Positions 8,521-14,190 of a stretch of DNA of 18,206 nucleotides are shown here, one piece after another. A program made the translations under genes and the position numbers. Source of the DNA: Candidatus Latescibacterota bacterium. Lineage in GTDB: Bacteria > Latescibacterota > UBA2968 > UBA8231. The notes under the pieces are model-generated. The model was not told the origin of the DNA, did not search any database, and saw only the letters and a list, made by a program, of their open reading frames with translations. How positions within the stretch are numbered: position 1 is the stretch's first letter; every line of letters begins with the position of its first letter. The stretch is taken from assembly GCA_965205655.1 (NCBI GenBank), contig CBDBIJ010000078.1:1-18206 (forward strand), given 5' to 3'.

Positions 8521-8578
8521 GAGTACCGCTGGTTGGCGTAAGATTGCCGCGGTGGATCTTGTCCAAAGGCATTTAGAT

Positions 8579-9169
8579 ATGGTCAGACTATCCAGAATCT
8601 ACACCGGTGTGGGAGATGGCGGCAGCACTCGGCTCGGCAGCGGCGATGCGGTGCCGAAGTCGCATCCTCGCATCGAGGCGTACGGAACGGTGGATGAGCT
8701 GAATTCCGCCCTTGGCGCTACCATCGCCGAGGGTGTTGGCACGGATCACGGCAAATTGCTCCATTCGATTCAGAACGACCTGTTCGATGTGGGGGCGGAT
8801 CTGTGCCTGCCTCTCAAGGACGACGAGCCCAAGGGGGCGGCGCTGAGAGTCCGGAGTGAGCAGGTTGAGCGTTTGGAGAGCGCCATCGACGGCATCAACG
8901 AGAATCTCGAACCGCTGCAGAGCTTCGTTCTTCCCGGGGGAAGTCGGTCGGCAGCTCAGCTACATGTAGCGCGCACCATCTGCCGCCGCGCCGAGCGCTG
9001 CGTCTGGCAGCTGGTAGAGAGCGACTCAGCGGTGAATCCTCAAACGGCGGTTTACTTGAACCGTCTGTCCGATCTGCTGTTCGTCATGGCTCGGGCTGAG
9101 AACGTCGCAACGGGAGCCGGGGACGTCATGTGGGAGCCGGGCAAGACACAGCAAGTCGATCCTCCGTAG
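8579..9169 (+). CDS. pduO: ATP:cob(I)alamin adenosyltransferase, PduO type
   Basis: IYT-x-x-GDGG-x-T, RIEAYGTVDELNS, IQNDLFDVGADL, FVLPGGS, ARTICRRAER, YLNRLSDLLFVMAR. The start ATG 8579 (MVRLSRIYT) matches family N-termini. Confidence 0.92.
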   Translation: MVRLSRIYTGVGDGGSTRLGSGDAVPKSHPRIEAYGTVDELNSALGATIAEGVGTDHGKLLHSIQNDLFDVGADLCLPLKDDEPKGAALRVRSEQVERLESAIDGINENLEPLQSFVLPGGSRSAAQLHVARTICRRAERCVWQLVESDSAVNPQTAVYLNRLSDLLFVMARAENVATGAGDVMWEPGKTQQVDPP

Positions 9170-9179
9170 GACTTCGCCC

Positions 9180-10709
9180 GTGGCCAACTCGTTGATGATC
9201 CTCGGTACGCACTCCCATGCCGGCAAGAGTGTGATCGCCACCGGGTTTTGCCGCCTCCTCGCTCGCAGAGGCTACGACGTGGCGCCCTTCAAGGCTCAGA
9301 ATATGAGCAACAATGCGGGGGTGACCGCTGCGGGGGGTGAAATGGGTCGGGCTCAGATCGTCCAGGCCGAGGCCGCCGGCATCGAGCCTCATACGGACAT
9401 GAACCCTGTGCTCCTCAAGCCCGAGGCCGATTATCGCAGCCAGATCGTTCTGAACGGCAAGGTCTACGGCAGCATTGATTCGGCCAACTGGATGGATATG
9501 AAGCACCATTTGTGGGGAGCGGTGAGGCAGAGCTACGATCGCCTCGCCGGGCGTCACGATGTGATCGTACTCGAGGGTGCAGGATCGCCAGCCGAGATCA
9601 ATCTCAAGGAGATGGACATGGTCAATCTGCCCATGGCTCGCCATGCCGAGGCGCCCTGCATTCTGGTCGGCGACATCGATCGCGGCGGGGTTTTCGCCGC
9701 CCTGGCTGGCACCATCCTCCTGCTGGAGGCCGAGGAGCGGGAACAGATCAAGGGACTGCTCATCAACAAGTTCCGGGGGGATGCATCACTGTTGGGCGAT
9801 GGACTCGCGAGGCTGGAGGATTTTGCCGGCGGAGTTCCCTGTCTTGGCGTCGTTCCCTTTCTCCCGTACTTGAAGATAGCCGCCGAGGACGCCGTGGTGC
9901 TCGACCAGTTCGGCGAGGACGGGCATTCCGTCAGTTGCGAAGTGGCGATTATTCAATTGCCGCATATCGCGAATTTCGACGAATTCGATCCTCTCATTGA
10001 AGAGCCGGGTGTGCGGGTCACCTTCGTGCGCGCCGCAGAAGAGCTTGGACGGCCAGACGCTATCATTATTCCCGGCACGAAGGCGACGCCCTCCGATCTT
10101 CGTTGGCTCGAGCGTACGACGCTGAGCGAGTCTATCAGATCGGCGCGAGCGAAAGGCGCGGCAGTGGTGGGAATATGTGGCGGTTATCAGTTCTTGGGAG
10201 AGTCTCTGCTCGATCCTGAAGGCGTGGAGGATTCCGACGGCAGTCGGCTGTCCGGACTCGGTCTGTTGCCGACGGAAACGGTCTTCTCCTCCAACAAGGA
10301 GACATACAGAGCCCGACTGAAATTGCGCACGGGGGATGTTGTATCGGGATACGAGATTCACACGGGAACGACGGCGATCATCGGCGAGGAGGCGACTGCG
10401 CTAGGGACCGTCGTTGAGCGGAACGGCGTGGTGCAGAAACTAGACGACGGTGCCATCAGCACAGACGGGCGGGTGTGGGGGACCTACCTTCACGGGTTGT
10501 TCTCCGATTCGCGCTTCAGAAGAAAGTGGCTATGCAGTCTCGGATGGCATCATCCCCACAGGCCGACGGGTGAATGTGACGGTGGTTACGAGTCCGTCGA
10601 CGGCGGGGAAGAGAGCGATCCCGTTGTCGCGGAGTTCGATCGAGTGGCCGACGCTCTCGAGGAGGCAGTCGGCTGGGCGGCCATCGCTCGGTTGGTCGGC
10701 TTGAACTGA
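9180..10709 (+). CDS. cobQ: Cobyric acid synthase (glutamine-hydrolysing)
   Basis: GTHSHAGKS P-loop, PFKAQNMSNN, DMNPVLLKP, EGAGSPAEINL, GDIDRGGVFA, INKFRGD, and GATase motifs GICGGYQ and GTYLHG. Confidence 0.95.
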   Translation: MANSLMILGTHSHAGKSVIATGFCRLLARRGYDVAPFKAQNMSNNAGVTAAGGEMGRAQIVQAEAAGIEPHTDMNPVLLKPEADYRSQIVLNGKVYGSIDSANWMDMKHHLWGAVRQSYDRLAGRHDVIVLEGAGSPAEINLKEMDMVNLPMARHAEAPCILVGDIDRGGVFAALAGTILLLEAEEREQIKGLLINKFRGDASLLGDGLARLEDFAGGVPCLGVVPFLPYLKIAAEDAVVLDQFGEDGHSVSCEVAIIQLPHIANFDEFDPLIEEPGVRVTFVRAAEELGRPDAIIIPGTKATPSDLRWLERTTLSESIRSARAKGAAVVGICGGYQFLGESLLDPEGVEDSDGSRLSGLGLLPTETVFSSNKETYRARLKLRTGDVVSGYEIHTGTTAIIGEEATALGTVVERNGVVQKLDDGAISTDGRVWGTYLHGLFSDSRFRRKWLCSLGWHHPHRPTGECDGGYESVDGGEESDPVVAEFDRVADALEEAVGWAAIARLVGLN

Positions 10710-10735
10710 TAGCGAGTTGAATTGATTATAGGATC

Positions 10736-11446
10736 ATGATGCTTTACGAATGGCGAACAGCAATCTTGCCGCTAAGCTGCGCCTTCCTGTGCGGCTGCAG
10801 CCAGAATTACAGCGACCGACCGGCAGCGGAGGCGCTAAAGGAGCGGCAATTGACGCCGCTCACCGCGCCCGATGAGCGGGCTACAGCGCCCGGGGCCTCC
10901 TCTGCTAATCTATACTACGCGGCAGGCGGTCGTTCGCGAGCTGACGGCGGCCGACGGCAAGTCCTCGGAAGTGTTACGGCAGTGGTTCCCCGAGGATGGC
11001 GATCGGTCGAGCCGACGAGCTCGATGAGGATAGCCGAATTCGCGCTTCCCGACACGAGCGAGGGATCGGACGACGCAACGGTGGCCGTCTTTGAGGGAAA
11101 CTGGGGCACCGTGGAGGACAACGTGACGAGGTGGAAAGGCCAGTTTGACACCAGCGATGCTCAGCGCCCCTTCTCGCGCCGGGACACTGTATTGGCAGCC
11201 GGCGAGGGTGGCGGAGGAGGAATCGCCGTCGCCGTGGTGGATGTGTCGGGCACGTTCGGTGGTGGCATGGGGCCAGCCGCAGGGATTCGCCAAAGCGGGT
11301 TCCGCATGCTTGGTGCGATCGTAGATACCGGCGACGTTGGCTCGAGATCGCGTTTCTTGTACATCAAGCTTCTCGGCCCACAGGAATCAGTGAACGACTG
11401 GGCCGCCAGTTTTGACCGATTTATCGAGAGCATTTCCCGGGGGTAA
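10736..11446 (+). CDS. Hypothetical lipoprotein
   Basis: Lipobox-like AFLCGC (Cys21), a low-complexity linker, then a globular part (VPRGW...SSMRIAEF...VEDNVTRWKGQF...MLGAIV...YIKLLGP...F). AGGA RBS upstream. Confidence 0.7.
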   Translation: MMLYEWRTAILPLSCAFLCGCSQNYSDRPAAEALKERQLTPLTAPDERATAPGASSANLYYAAGGRSRADGGRRQVLGSVTAVVPRGWRSVEPTSSMRIAEFALPDTSEGSDDATVAVFEGNWGTVEDNVTRWKGQFDTSDAQRPFSRRDTVLAAGEGGGGGIAVAVVDVSGTFGGGMGPAAGIRQSGFRMLGAIVDTGDVGSRSRFLYIKLLGPQESVNDWAASFDRFIESISRG

Positions 11447-11450
11447 CAGT

Positions 11451-12293
11451 ATGTACATGCAGCTGGAGGATGAGCTTGGGGATGTCGTTGGAAAGGCGAG
11501 GCGAGGACAGGAGCTATCGCCCGGTGAGGTAGCGTCACAGGCAGGCCTGTCCGAGGCCGAGGTTGAGAAGATCGAAGACTACGAGCTGACACCCGAGGAT
11601 GGTGTGGTGGAGCGCTTGGCGCGAGCGCTGGGCCTGGATGTGCAAAAGCTGAAGGGGAGTGCCGCGAAGCGCTATTTCCCGCTCTATCCTGGAGGGCGAG
11701 CGACCGACGGCATAGACGTAGAGATGTTAGTTCTGGGAAGTGGCTTTCTAATGAACGGGTACGTCGTCGGCTGCACGCGGACGCAGCAAGGAGTCGTTAT
11801 CGATCCGGGATTCGAAGCGGAGAAGATCCTCAAGGCAGTCGAAACGTCAGGTCTCGAGGTAAACATGGTCCTGCTGACGCACGGCCACGACGATCATATC
11901 GGCGCTCTGTCAGAGGTCTGCCAGGCGACTGGCGCCCCGGCATTTATCAGCTCCGCTGACGCCGCTCTACTCGGCAATCTCAGCACAAAAATCGAGGGAT
12001 ACATCGCCGAGGGTGAAACGGTGTCGCTGGGAAACGTGACGTTGAACGTCGTTGCCACGCCCGGCCATACGCGAGGGGGCATCTCGCTCGTTCACGAGCA
12101 AGTCGCTTTCGTCGGAGACGCCCTGTTTGCGGGCTCGCTCGGGGGAACGAGGGCGAAAGCCGATTACGAATCACAGCGTGGCGCGGTGGCGGAGAGAATA
12201 CTGACCCTCGATGAGCACGTGGTGCTGTACCCGGGCCACGGACCGGCGACGACCGTTGCCGAGGAGAGGGCGAGCAACCCGTTCTTCACCTGA
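11451..12293 (+). CDS. XRE-type HTH fused to MBL-fold metallo-hydrolase (glyoxalase II-like)
   Basis: N-terminal GKARRGQELSPGEVASQAGLSEAEVEKIE...LARALGL helix-turn-helix. MBL motifs IDPG, THGHDDH, TPGHT, GDALF and YPGHG. Start ATG 11451 (or 11457), 4 bp after the upstream stop. Confidence 0.85.
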   Translation: MYMQLEDELGDVVGKARRGQELSPGEVASQAGLSEAEVEKIEDYELTPEDGVVERLARALGLDVQKLKGSAAKRYFPLYPGGRATDGIDVEMLVLGSGFLMNGYVVGCTRTQQGVVIDPGFEAEKILKAVETSGLEVNMVLLTHGHDDHIGALSEVCQATGAPAFISSADAALLGNLSTKIEGYIAEGETVSLGNVTLNVVATPGHTRGGISLVHEQVAFVGDALFAGSLGGTRAKADYESQRGAVAERILTLDEHVVLYPGHGPATTVAEERASNPFFT

Positions 12294-12321
12294 GAGCCGT
12301 GTACGGGCAGAGAGAGTACGT

Positions 12322-13152
12322 CTACTTCTGAACGTTCAGGCTCCAGTCGTACTCGTTGAAGGAGATGGCGACGTCCGGATGCCGGCGAAGGTAGTCGGCG
12401 TCGATTTCAGGCAGGTAGAGCGTCAGATAGTCGAGGAGGGTCGGCTTGTCTGGTGGCGTGGCGCCTTCCTCTCCCGTCGGCAACCAGTCCACAAAATCCT
12501 GACGGTACCACTCCAACAGCCGTGATAGGTGAATCTTGTTCCCGGCTCTGTCGATGCGCAACATGAATGGGTCGGTCAAAAAACGCTCGAGCGCCGCATC
12601 GAGCCGCGGATCGAGATCTTCCGCGGTGAACGTTTTCGCCTCCAGCGGCGGGCAGCTGACGGCGGCGCAATTGACGGCGAAATGAATACGCGCATCCTTG
12701 AACTCGGGCCGGATTATGCCGCTTTCGATCTTGTCCAGGGTCAACACTTGGCCCCCCGCCACGAAGGTCTTTTGTCGAAAAAAGCCATCGAGGCCGCCGA
12801 TTTCTGATACACTTTCGACCGGATACGCGTCTATTACACCCTTGAGAACGAAGGCGTTGTAGGCGTTGATCCAGTAGGCGAGTTGGTGCTTCGCCGTCGG
12901 AAATCTTTCCGGATGAGTGCGCGGACTCACGGCCGCCACGCTGTCGATGTAGCGGTCCAGCACGGCGCGTGACGACTTGAGGGTGGGATAGTCGACGCGC
13001 CCGGCAGTGTCGACGTGGGGACTCAGAGCTTTGTCGAGGAGCTCATGCGAAAAAGGGAGGGCGGGAGCCAGCTTGTCGGTGTCGCTGTCACCAAAGGCGT
13101 CGGACGTCAGCAATCCGCCACACGTGAAGAGGACGATCGAGAGGTGCCGCAC
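12322..13152 (-). CDS. DUF547 domain-containing exported protein
   Basis: GRVDY, LAYWINAYNA, DARIHFAVNCAAVSCPPL, SRLLEWYRQDF and EYDWSLN. A signal-like N-terminus begins at GTG 13152 (VRHLSIVLFTCGGLL); the track start at 13242 overlaps the sigma gene. Confidence 0.85.
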   Translation of the reverse strand: MRHLSIVLFTCGGLLTSDAFGDSDTDKLAPALPFSHELLDKALSPHVDTAGRVDYPTLKSSRAVLDRYIDSVAAVSPRTHPERFPTAKHQLAYWINAYNAFVLKGVIDAYPVESVSEIGGLDGFFRQKTFVAGGQVLTLDKIESGIIRPEFKDARIHFAVNCAAVSCPPLEAKTFTAEDLDPRLDAALERFLTDPFMLRIDRAGNKIHLSRLLEWYRQDFVDWLPTGEEGATPPDKPTLLDYLTLYLPEIDADYLRRHPDVAISFNEYDWSLNVQK

Positions 13153-13181
13153 CGACAGGGCTCGCTGAGATGGGGGTGACG

Positions 13182-14054
13182 CTACGCGGGGTAGTCCGGG
13201 ATTTCGTCGACCTCGACGTCTGACAAATCGGACGGATAGCACGAAGAATGGCGCAAGCGGCTCAGGGCGCGCTCCTTGATTTGCCGAATCTGCTCTCTGG
13301 TGACTCCGAGCTGGTCGCCGATCTGGTCGAGAGTGAGAGGTTCGTCCCCATCCAGGCCGAAGTAACGGACGATGACATACTTATCGCGGCCGTCGAGATT
13401 GATGAGGACTTCGTCTATCTGCTCTCGGGCCGATTCTCCGACGACGAAGCTGTCCGGCTGCCACTGCGTTGCGTCGGCGATCGTGTCCAGGAGATTTCTG
13501 CCGTCGTCGTCTTCGAAGGCGGCGTCGAGGGAGCGAACGGTGCGGGCGCTTAGCATTGTGTTGACGACGTCTTGCGCGGGCAGATCGAGCTCCTCGGCGA
13601 TATCCTCGACGTTCGGCTCCACCTCTCTGCCCTGTCCCAGGCGTCCGGCGGCCTCGGAGATTTCCCGGAGCTGGCTGAGTTTGTTCAGTGGCAAGCGAAC
13701 AGTGCGGGCCTGATCGGCGACGGCCTGAAGAATCGATTGACGGATCCACCAGACGGCATACGAGATGAACTTGAACCCCCGCGTGCCGTCAAATCGTTCG
13801 GCCGCCGTGAGGAGCCCCAGGTTGCCGGCGCTGATCAGATCCGGGAGAGAGAGCCCTCGGTTCTGATTGTTCTTCGCAACTTCAATCACGAAGCGGAGAT
13901 TGGCCTGAACGAGCTCGTTGCGAGCCTCCATGTCGCCGCTGTTGATGCGCTCGGAGAGCTCGACCTCCTTCTCTCGCGACAGGGGCCTCGAATCGGTGAT
14001 GTCGCTGAAGTAGAGGCGGATGGCGTCGTCGCCATCGTACATCGAATCAAGCAT
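13182..14054 (-). CDS. RNA polymerase sigma factor, RpoD/SigA family (short form lacking region 1.1)
   Basis: Region 2 LVQANLRFV...DLISAGNLGL...RGFKFISYAVWWIRQSI, region 3 RTVRLP and region 4 TLDQIGDQLGVTREQIRQIKERAL. Start ATG 14054 with GGAG 7 nt upstream. Confidence 0.93.
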   Translation of the reverse strand: MLDSMYDGDDAIRLYFSDITDSRPLSREKEVELSERINSGDMEARNELVQANLRFVIEVAKNNQNRGLSLPDLISAGNLGLLTAAERFDGTRGFKFISYAVWWIRQSILQAVADQARTVRLPLNKLSQLREISEAAGRLGQGREVEPNVEDIAEELDLPAQDVVNTMLSARTVRSLDAAFEDDDGRNLLDTIADATQWQPDSFVVGESAREQIDEVLINLDGRDKYVIVRYFGLDGDEPLTLDQIGDQLGVTREQIRQIKERALSRLRHSSCYPSDLSDVEVDEIPDYPA

Positions 14055-14101
14055 GATCTGTCTCCGCTTGGGCAACCCGCGGGCCGCTGCAGGCAGGCGG
14101 T

Positions 14102-14130
14102 ACGGTACGGAGCAGCCGTCGCGAGGTCAA
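14102..14130 (-). promoter_or_regulatory. Putative sigma70-type promoter of the sigma-factor gene
   Basis: On the - strand: TTGACC (14130-14125), 17-bp spacer, TACCGT (14107-14102), about 48 nt upstream of ATG 14054. Confidence 0.55.
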
Positions 14131-14190
14131 GGGAGGATGTGGACACGAGTCGGCGTTCTGTTGAACGGTGCGAACCGGTCGAGGCTATGT

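Noticed and set aside
8521..8578. Possible internal promoter before pduO (TAAGAT at 8539-8544)
   Set aside because: No acceptable -35 at 16-18 bp and no extended -10.
10701..10735. AT-rich gap before the lipoprotein as an internal promoter (TTGAAC...TTATAG)
   Set aside because: Spacing and -10 match are poor. Cannot be supported, though not excluded.
12294..12321. Expected bidirectional terminator between the convergent MBL and DUF547 genes
   Set aside because: No stem-loop with a T-tract is visible.
14020..14190. N-terminal extension of the UvrA-like ORF in the ORF track
   Set aside because: It overlaps the divergent sigma gene and its promoter. UvrA similarity begins only after GTG 14191, which has an RBS.
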